This document shows, in pieces, positions 7,363-19,935 of a stretch of DNA of 24,000 nt (positions are counted from its first letter, which is position 1; every line of letters starts with the position of its first letter). The DNA is from Nitrososphaeraceae archaeon (GTDB lineage Archaea; Thermoproteota; Nitrososphaeria; Nitrososphaerales; Nitrososphaeraceae), in NCBI GenBank assembly GCA_035697905.1, contig DASSCH010000230.1, positions 6,194-30,193 on the forward strand. The letters run 5' to 3'. The position numbers and the translations under genes are program-made. The notes below the pieces were generated by a model. That model was given only the letters and a program-made list of their open reading frames with translations. It was not told where the DNA came from and did not search any database.

Positions 7363-8316
7363 TTGACCAAGTCCGTCTGGGTTAGCCATTTCAGGAGAGA
7401 TATATATTCTCAAGTAAAGTATCTTCAAGGATTAAGGCTTCCTAAACCAATGAGTACTAGGGATGGGCTAGTTATTGGTTCAGGTGACTCGTATACCTGT
7501 GCTCTTCTAATGGAATATCTATCGGACCATCGAATGCTTGCATATCATCCTTCAGCTATCCTTAATTGTCCACGAGTGCTATCAAACCATGAAATTATCT
7601 TCATATCGGCCTCCGGCAGAACTCGTTCAAATATTGAGGCCGCCAAGATGGCCCGTAAAATTGGGCTTAAAACTACCGCTATTACTGCGCGGGCTAAAAG
7701 TCCTCTGGAAGAGGTCTGTAACGAAACTTTCAAACTGGATTATTTGCATAGCCCCCAATCGTCAAACACTAGTATTTTGGAATACAGCGCCACCGTAACA
7801 TTCTCTATGGCGTTGATTGGGATTGACATCAATTTGAACATCTTGGACAAAATAATGAAATATGCTCGCCAACAGGTCAATCAATCAGGAATCGACTTGA
7901 CAACCAGGTTCAAGTCGATCCTATTCCTTGGGGACGGTTTATCATATCCACTCGCCAACTACGGAGCACTCAAAATGAATGAGCTTTTTGGACTTAGGTC
8001 GTTTGGATATCTACTAGATGATTACTATCACGCACCTTTATTTAGCTTGAAAAAACTAGACCGCGTCATCATTCTCGACTACGGAAAGATGAAAAACTCT
8101 ATGGCGGTGAATTTTCAAAAAAAAATAAAAAAGGCCCATGCTCTGGCCTATTATTTTCAGCCACCATCAGAAATATCTCATTTTGAGAATATTCTATCTT
8201 CGATATTCGTTATTCAAATCATTGGTCTTACTATAGCGGAAAAATTGAAAATTGACAAACCATATTATATGTCAAAAAAAGGGCTGCTCAAATTGAGTTC
8301 TAGACTAATCTACTGA
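7363..8316 (+). CDS. SIS-domain phosphosugar isomerase-like protein (two SIS repeats, GlmS-C-terminal/GlmD-like)
   Basis: GLVIGSGDSYTCAL and IIFISASGRTRSNIEAAKMARKIGLKTTAIT are classic SIS motifs. A second SIS-like half contains ILFLGDGLSYPLANYGALKMNE. TTG start. Substrate unknown. Confidence 0.75.
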   Translation: MTKSVWVSHFRRDIYSQVKYLQGLRLPKPMSTRDGLVIGSGDSYTCALLMEYLSDHRMLAYHPSAILNCPRVLSNHEIIFISASGRTRSNIEAAKMARKIGLKTTAITARAKSPLEEVCNETFKLDYLHSPQSSNTSILEYSATVTFSMALIGIDINLNILDKIMKYARQQVNQSGIDLTTRFKSILFLGDGLSYPLANYGALKMNELFGLRSFGYLLDDYYHAPLFSLKKLDRVIILDYGKMKNSMAVNFQKKIKKAHALAYYFQPPSEISHFENILSSIFVIQIIGLTIAEKLKIDKPYYMSKKGLLKLSSRLIY

Positions 8317-8588
8317 TTTTGAGAAAATTATTGTTCATTATTATTGCCCTTAATTCTATTTGGCCCAGTTTGTAGGGGAAAGAATGTATACCTAAACTTG
8401 ATAATGAAATGCTACAGACTAATTATTCTCGGATAGAGATCTGCCCCACTTGCAATAAATCAATTCATTATTTCAGTTTCAAACTCCGTAAGCTAAGGTC
8501 CATTAGTATCCGTGCAACATATATGCAATATTCTGGCAGTGGATTGAGCCTTTATTCACCAAGATTGGATGAAATGTGAATGTAAACA

Positions 8589-8613
8589 GTATATATAGTT
8601 CTCCTTTATAAAG
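8589..8613 (+). promoter_or_regulatory. Two tandem TATA-like boxes upstream of tbp (GTATATATAG 8589-8598 and CTTTATAAAG 8604-8613)
   Basis: Centred about 33 and about 19 nt upstream of the ATG at 8627. The distal box has the spacing seen at other genes in this window. Confidence 0.4.
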
Positions 8614-8626
8614 GCTGAATAAGGGT

Positions 8627-9189
8627 ATGCCTCAGACTAAACCAATAGTTAGCATAGAGAACGTAGTAGCGTCAGCCACTGTCAACCAAACAGTAAATCT
8701 CAATTTAATTACCCAGATTTTTCCAGACGTGGAATATCATCCTGATCAGTTCCCGGGATTAGTTTTTAGACTGAAATCACCGAAGACTGCCACTCTCATC
8801 TTTAGTTCAGGAAAAATGGTGTGTACCGGAGCTAAATCTGAAGACCAAGCCATTAAAGCAGTAAAAAATGTAGTCCAAAAATTGAAAAAAGGAGGCATTT
8901 CTATCGAACATGAACCTATTATTGAAATACAGAATATCGTTGCTTCAGCAAGTTTGGGGGGAAAATCCACCTCGAGCTAGCAGCTAGGGTACTCCCCAGG
9001 AGCATGTATGAGCCTGAACAGTTTCCAGGCCTCATCCATCGAATGTTAGATCCTAAGACAGTGATCTTACTATTCGCTTCTGGAAAACTAGTTTGCACAG
9101 GAGCAAAGAAAGAGACTGAAGTATACAGAGCTGTGCATAATCTTCACAATCTCTTGGAAGAAAAGAATCTAATGATCTACGAAGGGTGA
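8627..9189 (+). pseudogene. tbp: TATA-box-binding protein. As sequenced, the reading frame is broken by a 1-nt frameshift; ORF fragments are 8627-8980 and 9004-9189.
   Basis: Both TBP repeats are present: IENVVASA...QFPGLVFRL...SGKMVCTGAKS, then IQNIVASA...YEPEQFPGLIHRM...SGKLVCTGAKK. The -1 frame reads GGK-IHLELAARVLPRSMYEPEQFPGL straight after the G6A4 run at 8956-8965. A single -1 shift therefore restores one full-length TBP of about 187 aa. Confidence 0.85.
8959..8965 (+). other. G_GGA_AAA heptamer (X_XXY_YYZ in the tbp zero frame) at the exact frameshift point
   Basis: Zero-frame codons are ttg ggg gga aaa tcc. Slipping back one nt re-pairs GGA to GGG and AAA to AAA and continues with AUC CAC CUC GAG, which is the conserved TBP continuation. 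Confidence 0.6.
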
Positions 9190-9678
9190 GTACTCTATTA
9201 ATTAGGCGTGTAACAATTCATAAATGAACCGTAATTAGTTCATCACCAAAAAGTATAGAAGCAACTCTTATCTGCAGACGTTAATTGAATATCCAATAAA
9301 TATTCTGCCATGACGACCTCACTTGTCTGATTTTTTGGCCACCAATCGAAAGTGTGTTCTAGAGATCATTCAGTTGGAATGTGACTTTTCCTTCATAACC
9401 TTATCACTGAATTGCTTCTAAATAGCCCAACGCACCGTACTGTACCTAAATCTTGACATATCTTAATAGGGAAGGTGAAAATTTAGAATCGATTATGTTC
9501 ACAAAAAATGTGTGGTCTTTGCCTAGATCACTATATTTGATGTTTATTCCAGAATTGTGTCTAGAATCTGTGGCATTTCAAAAAATTGTCAAGTCAAGTG
9601 CAAGCGCCTTTCATTTGAATAATCACCACCTAACTAATTTAGGCCTAGATTCGAGCTATCATTTGGCGATGATATTGT

Positions 9679-10794
9679 ATGCCTGAGCTGTGGCTTAAGT
9701 ACGGCCAAACCTCTGTAGTAGTGGACATAAAGTACGAAAATCTATTAGCTCACATTTATCCAACTCCATCCACAGGTTACTTGGCAGAGCAGCAAATAAA
9801 GGATGAACTCTCCAATATGGACATTACTGATAACACGATCATAGTTGTTTTGTCAGCTTCACAAGCGGTCCTGGGTTTGGTGGACCAAATTTCTCAAAGA
9901 TCCGTCCTAAAGAACCACGCTTGCATTACTTTTGCATCTAGAACGGATCACATAAAACCGCTAAAGAATTCATTGCGAAAACATCCCTATCCTGTTTATG
10001 AGGTAACGGATTCTTCACTATTTTCTCTACTAGGCAAGTACAAAAATGTGCTTTGCATTTCCCAAGTTAGATACGATCCATTGTTTGGTTATGGTGGGAC
10101 CCCAACCCTCCTTCTTCGACAATTCTACCAAAAAGAAATGAACGAAGCATTTTACTCACGATCAAGTAACCTACCTAATCCGCGCAAGAAACTTTCACCT
10201 CTAGAAATTGCATTGAGAATGGTCGACAACCTGAATGCTACTTCTATCGAAGTAGTTGGAAGTCCCAAAATCCTTGGCTTGCACCATGGAGCTATTTCTC
10301 AGTCATTTGAGAGTGCAACTCGCTCATTAGATCTTGGTCGGAAAACTGGTATAGAAAAGTGTCAAAGTACTTTGATTAGTCCTAGCGACGACTTCGAATC
10401 TCATCTTACATTATGTTCGTCTCTGAACTCTCTATGGAATGTAATGGAATTGGCTAAGGAGGGCGGTCTAGTCGTTTTGCTCTCAGAAAACAAAATGGGT
10501 CTTGGTTGTGAGGCTTTAGAAATGTATGTCCAAGAAAGGTTGGATATACAGAAACATTTAGAAGAGAAACTTCAATACGTGGAAGGTCTAGAACATATTC
10601 TGTTCCTAAAGGAGCTAACAAAAAATTATGATTTCGGAATAATATCAACTTTGCCTGAGTATTATCTACTTAAGTTAGGACTCGTTCCTTTCAAGTCCAC
10701 TAAGGAATGTTACATTAGATCTTTGTCAAAGTTCGGCAGATCTCAAAAAATACTAGTAATCTCCGGTGCAGATATTCTCTCTTTAATAGATTAG
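9679..10794 (+). CDS. LarA-like (lactate racemase / DUF2088 family-like) protein, probably non-catalytic
   Basis: 371-aa ORF. The N-terminus LKYGQTSVVVDIKYENLL, the central YDPLFGYGGTPTLL, and LAKEGGLVVLLSE are collinear with my recollection of LarA (LPYdk..i...i.deN; SHFFAGFSGGRK; NKEGGTIIMVA). The His and Lys residues of the central LarA motif are not present. Assignment is from memory and tentative. Confidence 0.45.
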   Translation: MPELWLKYGQTSVVVDIKYENLLAHIYPTPSTGYLAEQQIKDELSNMDITDNTIIVVLSASQAVLGLVDQISQRSVLKNHACITFASRTDHIKPLKNSLRKHPYPVYEVTDSSLFSLLGKYKNVLCISQVRYDPLFGYGGTPTLLLRQFYQKEMNEAFYSRSSNLPNPRKKLSPLEIALRMVDNLNATSIEVVGSPKILGLHHGAISQSFESATRSLDLGRKTGIEKCQSTLISPSDDFESHLTLCSSLNSLWNVMELAKEGGLVVLLSENKMGLGCEALEMYVQERLDIQKHLEEKLQYVEGLEHILFLKELTKNYDFGIISTLPEYYLLKLGLVPFKSTKECYIRSLSKFGRSQKILVISGADILSLID

Positions 10795-11044
10795 TCCCAG
10801 ACATTCGAGTTCAATGGCATATATGTCCCCTCCAAAGTACTCCTGAAAAATATTGAACTGAGAACGAGCGAATTGAAACTGGTCCCTCTTGAAAATCTGG
10901 GAATTTATCCAAATTCTGCTGTAGAATTTTTCGGACCAGATCGGGATATACCTATATATTGAGAAAGGGGATAGGTGTATCAGAATTTGTATTTCATTTT
11001 ATATCCCCATATGCATTTGCTGGCTACAGGAGGTAGTCGAGGAT

Positions 11045-11296
11045 TTGTCAGCTGAAAAGAAGCTTGTCAAGATAACTGATCATATGTATCAGCCTAAGCA
11101 CGAGATTCTGCCTAGAGCCGAAGCCAGTGCTGTACTGAAACAATACAATGCTAAACCTAGCCAACTCCCGTACATAATGTTAAGTGACAAAGGTTTGCAG
11201 GATCTTGACGTTAGGCCTGGAGATATCATAAAAATTACTCGCAAAAGTGCCACTTCGGGTGAAAGTGTATATTACCGGTATGTGGTAGAGGGATAG
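11045..11296 (+). CDS. rpoH: DNA-directed RNA polymerase subunit H (Rpo5)
   Basis: PKHEIL...LPYIMLSDKGLQDLDVRPGDIIKITRKSATSGESVYYRYVV is the canonical RpoH/Rpb5 C-terminal domain. TTG start. Sits directly upstream of rpoB. Confidence 0.9.
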   Translation: MSAEKKLVKITDHMYQPKHEILPRAEASAVLKQYNAKPSQLPYIMLSDKGLQDLDVRPGDIIKITRKSATSGESVYYRYVVEG

Positions 11297-11314
11297 GTAT
11301 AATTTAGGTGGTGG

Positions 11315-14300
11315 TTGTTCATTTTGTGGCCCATAATAAATGACATTTTGAGAAAGGAAGGAGTGGCAAGGCAACATTTGAATTCATACAATGAATTCAT
11401 GGAGAAAGGGATTCAAAGTATTATCGATGAAGTTGCAGAAATCGAGATAGAGACTTCCGAATATCCGTACAAGATAAAGCTTGGAAAGATAAAGCTTCAG
11501 CAACCTAGAATTATGGAACTTGACGGCTCGATTACCCATGTAGCACCTATGGAGGCACGGTTGAGAAATTTGACATATGCTTCGCCAATCATGTTAGAAT
11601 GTAGCATTGTAGAAGATGGCAAAATATTGGAATCTAGATTTATTCATATAGGAGACATGCCAGTGATGGTGAAATCAAATGCTTGTATATTGCATAATAT
11701 GCCGGAACACAAGCTGATAGAGTTGGCTGAAGATCCACGAGATCCAGGTGGATACTTTGTCATAAATGGCTCTGAGCGGGTCATTGTAGGATTAGAAGAT
11801 CTCTCGTATAACAAGATTATAGTCGATATGGAAGAAGCGACCGGTACCCTTCTGTACAAGGCAAAAGTCTACTCCTCTATTGTTGGCTATAGAGCAAAAT
11901 TGGAATTAATAATGAGACCAGATGGATCTGTGGTAGCGAAGATACCTGGATCTCCTGTAGATGTGCCCTTAATCACATTGGTACGAGCTTTGGGACTGGA
12001 AACCGACAGGGACATTGCAAATGGCGTATCACTGAATACCCTCATACAAGACGAGCTTGAACCCTCTTTTGAAAAATCGAGTGATGTTCTTACAAGTAGG
12101 GATGCAATAATCTATATCAGCAAGCGTATTGCCCCAGGTATGCTTGAAGAATTTCAGATCAAGAGAGCAGAAACCCTACTTGATTGGGGACTTTTACCTC
12201 ACTTAGGAAAGAACCCTGATAACCGGCATGAAAAAGCACTCTTCCTTGGTGAAGCGGCTAGTAAGTTGATTGAACTTAAACTTGGTTGGATTGATGCAGA
12301 CGACAAAGATCATTATGGTAATAAGGTAATAAAATTCGCTGGCCAGATGCTCGCAGATCTATTCCGGACTGCCTTCCGAAATTTGATACGCGACATGAAA
12401 TACCAGCTCGAACGGTCAGGTCAAAAGCGAGGAATTAATGCCGTTGCTGCTGCTGTCCGACCTGGAATAATATCCGATAAGTTGAATAACGCAATTGCAA
12501 CTGGAAATTGGGGAAGAGGTCGGGTCGGAGTAACGCAGCTACTAGATAGGACAAATTATATGTCTACAGTAAGCCACTTACGGCGTATTCAATCTCCCCT
12601 TAGCAGAAGCCAGCCTAATTTTGAAGCAAGGGATCTCCACGCGACTCACTTTGGTCGCATTTGTCCTGCCGAGACACCAGAAGGATCTAACTGCGGATTG
12701 GTCAAAAACTTAGCTCTATCGGCTATTATATCAGTAAGTGTTTCTTCGGCTGAAATTGTAGAAAAGCTCTTTGAATTAGGTGTTGAGCATGTTGACGAGG
12801 CAAATGAGAACTTGAAGAGAATTGGAGCTAGGGTATTTGTTGATGGGCAGCTTGTAGGTTACGTGGAGGACGGCGGCCATTTAGCTAACACATTAAGGAC
12901 AATGAGGAGATCTGGCAAGATTCATCCTCATGTGGGTGTATATCTCTACAGTTCATTAAACGATAATGCAACTAAGCGTCTTTACATTAGTTGCAATTCA
13001 GGCCGTGTGCTTAGACCGTTGATCATAGTCAGAGATGGCCGCTCACTGATCACAGAGGAAATAATTGAAAAGATTCAAAAGAAATTCCTTTCATGGACTG
13101 ACCTTCTGCACACGGGCATATTGGAATTGGTTGACGCCAATGAAGAGGAGAATTGTTACGTTAGCATTGGTACCGACGTTATTGGCCTTCCTCACACCCA
13201 TGTGGAGGTTTTCCCCTCTTCCATTTTGGGTGTTGGGGCATCCATTATACCCTACCCTGAACACAATCAATCTCCCCGAAATACCTATGAGAGCGCAATG
13301 GCTAAACAAAGTCTCGGGTTTTCAACCCCCTTAATGAATGCGAGCACGTATGTTAGACAACATTTAATGCTATATCCTCAAACCCCAATGGTTAGCACCA
13401 AAGCGATAAATCTACTAGGCCTGGACGATAGACCAACTGGACAGAATGCAATTGTGGCAGTCCTACCTTATGAGGGTTATAACATAGAAGATGCTGTGGT
13501 ATTTAACAAGTCTGCGGTAGATAGAGGGTTTGGGAGGACTTTCTTTTACAGAGTGTACGAAGCAGAGGCTAAGCAATATCCAGGTGGTATGAAAGATAAT
13601 TTCGAATTACCTTCATCAGACGAGAATATACGCGGCTACAGAGGTGAAAAGGCATATCGCCTCTTAGAACAAGATGGTGCCATAATGCATGAAGCTGTGG
13701 TTGTAGGTGGCGATATTCTGATCGGTCGAACCTCCCCTCCAAGATTCATGGAGGAATATAGGGAATTCGAGGTCAAGGGACCATACAGACGGGATACTTC
13801 TATAGGGGTTAGACCCTCAGAAAATGGGGTTGTCGATACGGTCATAATGACACAGTCTGTGGAAGGTGGCAAAATGTTTAAGATTCGCGTGCGAGATATG
13901 CGAATTCCTGAAATTGGCGATAAATTCGCATCTAGACACGGTCAGAAGGGTGTCGTAGGTATGCTCGTTAATCAAGAGGATTTACCCTATTCAGAAAACG
14001 GGATAGTCCCCGATGTAATGATAAATCCTCATGCATTTCCATCCCGTATGACGGTAGGCCAGTTTCTGGAATCACTGGGGGGTAAAGCAGCTGCACTAAG
14101 AGGTAGAATTGTAGATGGATCAGCATTCCTAGGAGAAAAATTAGACCAACTTAAGGATGTGCTGCAAGATTATGGTTTCAAATTTACGGGAAAAGAAGTT
14201 ATGTATGATGGTAGAACTGGTAGAAAATTCCCTGCCGATGTTTACGTTGGTGTAGTTTACTATCAAAAACTACATCATATGGTAGCAGATAAGATCCACA

Positions 14301-14653
14301 GTAGGGCTCGAGGTCAAGTACAAATGCTTACCAAACAGCCAACTGAAGGTCGAGCAAGGGGAGGCGGACTAAGATTTGGTGAAATGGAGAGAGATTGCCT
14401 CATTGCATATGGTGCTTCAATGATGCTCAAGGATCGTCTTCTAGAAGAGTCAGACAAAGCTGAAATAAACGTTTGCGAACGATGCGGTCTCTTAGCGTAT
14501 TATGACATTAAACAGCGGAGATACATTTGTAGGGTGTGTGGGGATAAGGCAAAGATCTCCTCTGTCATAATCGCATATGCCTTCAAATTGTTGTTGCAGG
14601 AAATGATGAGTTTGAATGTTGCTCCTCGCCTATTGGCGAAGGACAAAGTTTAG
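11315..14653 (+). CDS. rpoB: DNA-directed RNA polymerase subunit B (unsplit)
   Basis: 1112 aa. Contains MEARLRNLTYASP, GYFVINGSERV, SRHGQKGV, GEMERDCLIAYGA, and the C-terminal Zn ribbon CERCG...CRVCG. TTG start preceded by AGGTGGTG. Confidence 0.97.
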   Translation: MFILWPIINDILRKEGVARQHLNSYNEFMEKGIQSIIDEVAEIEIETSEYPYKIKLGKIKLQQPRIMELDGSITHVAPMEARLRNLTYASPIMLECSIVEDGKILESRFIHIGDMPVMVKSNACILHNMPEHKLIELAEDPRDPGGYFVINGSERVIVGLEDLSYNKIIVDMEEATGTLLYKAKVYSSIVGYRAKLELIMRPDGSVVAKIPGSPVDVPLITLVRALGLETDRDIANGVSLNTLIQDELEPSFEKSSDVLTSRDAIIYISKRIAPGMLEEFQIKRAETLLDWGLLPHLGKNPDNRHEKALFLGEAASKLIELKLGWIDADDKDHYGNKVIKFAGQMLADLFRTAFRNLIRDMKYQLERSGQKRGINAVAAAVRPGIISDKLNNAIATGNWGRGRVGVTQLLDRTNYMSTVSHLRRIQSPLSRSQPNFEARDLHATHFGRICPAETPEGSNCGLVKNLALSAIISVSVSSAEIVEKLFELGVEHVDEANENLKRIGARVFVDGQLVGYVEDGGHLANTLRTMRRSGKIHPHVGVYLYSSLNDNATKRLYISCNSGRVLRPLIIVRDGRSLITEEIIEKIQKKFLSWTDLLHTGILELVDANEEENCYVSIGTDVIGLPHTHVEVFPSSILGVGASIIPYPEHNQSPRNTYESAMAKQSLGFSTPLMNASTYVRQHLMLYPQTPMVSTKAINLLGLDDRPTGQNAIVAVLPYEGYNIEDAVVFNKSAVDRGFGRTFFYRVYEAEAKQYPGGMKDNFELPSSDENIRGYRGEKAYRLLEQDGAIMHEAVVVGGDILIGRTSPPRFMEEYREFEVKGPYRRDTSIGVRPSENGVVDTVIMTQSVEGGKMFKIRVRDMRIPEIGDKFASRHGQKGVVGMLVNQEDLPYSENGIVPDVMINPHAFPSRMTVGQFLESLGGKAAALRGRIVDGSAFLGEKLDQLKDVLQDYGFKFTGKEVMYDGRTGRKFPADVYVGVVYYQKLHHMVADKIHSRARGQVQMLTKQPTEGRARGGGLRFGEMERDCLIAYGASMMLKDRLLEESDKAEINVCERCGLLAYYDIKQRRYICRVCGDKAKISSVIIAYAFKLLLQEMMSLNVAPRLLAKDKV

Positions 14654-14668
14654 GAGAGGATTTCTGAT

Positions 14669-18499
<3,831 letters not shown>

Positions 18500-19015
18500 A
18501 GACGCAGTTACAAGTGGCAAGTACAAGAAAGGTGCCAAGGAAGTAATGAAATTTGTCAAAGGATCAAAACTCATACTTGTATCTGATTCGGTTAATGATG
18601 GAAACATAGGTAATATTGAAGATCAAGCTAAATCTATGGGTATTCCGGTGCTTAAATTCCATGGAACATCGGTCACTTTAGGAAGGGCTTGCAATCGGCC
18701 ACATAGGATATCTGTGCTTTCCATCCGAACAGGAACTGAAGAAGAAATTCGAAACATTCTCTCCGAAAAAGTGAACTAATCACAAAATTTCAATTGCATG
18801 AAAAATGTTACCTTGGACCAGCACAGATTTGAATTTGGTGATTCCGTCATGTGCATCTAATCCGAACACAAATACTTCTGATCCAGGCAGGTGCTCGGAG
18901 AACCAGCCATCTGCATGACATGGAAGACTTAAATTGGCGATAATGAATCAGATGCATGATTTGAGAATTGCTTGTATGGTCTTTTTGTACATATGACGAT
19001 AAGAGGATTTAAAAT

Positions 19016-19492
19016 TTGACGGAAAAAATCAAATTAACTTCGGATGAATTGCGACTAATGTCTCTATTTCAAAGTATCACCAGTGTAACTGCAAGGGACT
19101 GTGTAGTTGATGATAAGATGGACCGTGTTATTTTTATTGTCAACAAGGGCCAAATGGGCCTTGCTATAGGGAAGGGAGGTGCGACTATTCGACAGTTACA
19201 AAATGTTGTAGCCAAAAAAGTAGAACTAGTGGAATATTCTGATGACGCAAGTGATTTTGTCCGCAATATACTGAACCCTCAAATGGTCAATGAGGTCAAG
19301 ATAACCCAAAGAACAGACGGCTCCAAGCAAGCGGTGGTTTTGGTAGATGCAAAGCGAAAAGGCGTAGTGGTTGGGAAGGAAGGAAGGAATGCTGAGAAGG
19401 CTAGATTGTTGGCAAAGAGGTACTTTCAAATATCCAATGTTCTGATAACAAGTGCATCTGAAAGAATGATTGGAAACGAGGTTATGGATTAG
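19016..19492 (+). CDS. nusA: Archaeal NusA-like transcription termination/antitermination factor (two KH domains)
   Basis: IFIVNKGQMGLAIGKGGATIRQL and VLVDAKRKGVVVGKEGRNAEKARLLAKRYF are two KH GxxG motifs. The position between rpl30e and rps12 is canonical. TTG start. Confidence 0.9.
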   Translation: MTEKIKLTSDELRLMSLFQSITSVTARDCVVDDKMDRVIFIVNKGQMGLAIGKGGATIRQLQNVVAKKVELVEYSDDASDFVRNILNPQMVNEVKITQRTDGSKQAVVLVDAKRKGVVVGKEGRNAEKARLLAKRYFQISNVLITSASERMIGNEVMD

Positions 19493-19930
19493 TTGGCCAA
19501 GTCACCGTTAGGTTTGTTCTCGGGGCGTGTGCTCAAGTCAAAGAGAAAACGTGCTCGCTGGTCAAACAAGTATTACAAGAGGCGGATGTTGATGCTGGAT
19601 AAGAAAGCTAACCCTCTTGAGGGGTCGCCACAGGCAAAAGGAATTGTCCTTGAAAAGGTCGGAATAGAGTCGAAACAGCCAAACTCAGCGGTGAGGAAAT
19701 GTGTCCGAGTACAGCTGATAAAGAATGGAAAAACTATCACTGCATTCCTACCAAAGGACGGTGCCTTGAATTTCGTAGATGAGCATGACGAGGTGATGCT
19801 CGAAGGGATTGGAGGTTCAATGGGAGGAGCAATGGGTGATATCCCTGGGGTGAGATGGAGAGTCTTCAAAGTAAATGGTGTCTCCCTTAATGAGTTAGTC
19901 TTAGGACGGAAGGAAAAACCACGAAGGTAA
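19493..19930 (+). CDS. rps12: 30S ribosomal protein S12 (uS12)
   Basis: [27 protein letters not shown] and VLEGIGG...[18 protein letters not shown]. The TTG start directly abuts the nusA stop (TAG-TTG). Confidence 0.95.
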   Translation: MAKSPLGLFSGRVLKSKRKRARWSNKYYKRRMLMLDKKANPLEGSPQAKGIVLEKVGIESKQPNSAVRKCVRVQLIKNGKTITAFLPKDGALNFVDEHDEVMLEGIGGSMGGAMGDIPGVRWRVFKVNGVSLNELVLGRKEKPRR

Positions 19931-19935
19931 TTGGT

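Noticed and set aside
7538-7798. 86-aa plus-strand and 62-aa minus-strand ORFs inside the SIS-domain gene
   Set aside because: Out of frame or antisense to the conserved SIS motif region.
8409-8579. 56-aa ORF with a single CPTC motif upstream of tbp
   Set aside because: Only one CxxC pair, so not a complete Zn ribbon. Below the ORF-track threshold, with no promoter or SD evidence. It would overlap the tbp promoter region.
8966-9003. Downstream stimulatory pseudoknot or hairpin for the putative tbp frameshift
   Set aside because: Only short palindromes (CTCGAG, GCTAGC; a 4-bp AGCT/AGCT stem) could be folded by eye. I could not support a stable stimulator structure, so I make no claim for one.
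9453-9686. 77-aa ORF in the tbp/LarA-like spacer
   Set aside because: TTG-initiated, with odd composition, and it runs across the start of the next gene. No promoter-like element at the right distance, so there is not enough support to call it.
9666-9690. GATGATA ... CTGA pair at the LarA-like gene start
   Set aside because: The boxes are only about 10 nt apart and overlap the start codon, which is too short for a C/D-box sRNA.
10786-10995. 70-codon stop-free frame on the minus strand between the LarA-like gene and rpoH
   Set aside because: It contains no ATG, GTG or TTG anywhere in frame and overlaps the 3' end of the LarA-like ORF. Most likely chance openness or a decayed remnant; it is not callable.
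18836-18882. Possible C/D-box sRNA (GTGATTC ... CTGA) in the rpl30e/nusA spacer
   Set aside because: The C box deviates from RUGAUGA at two positions. No convincing D'/C' boxes or terminal stem were found.
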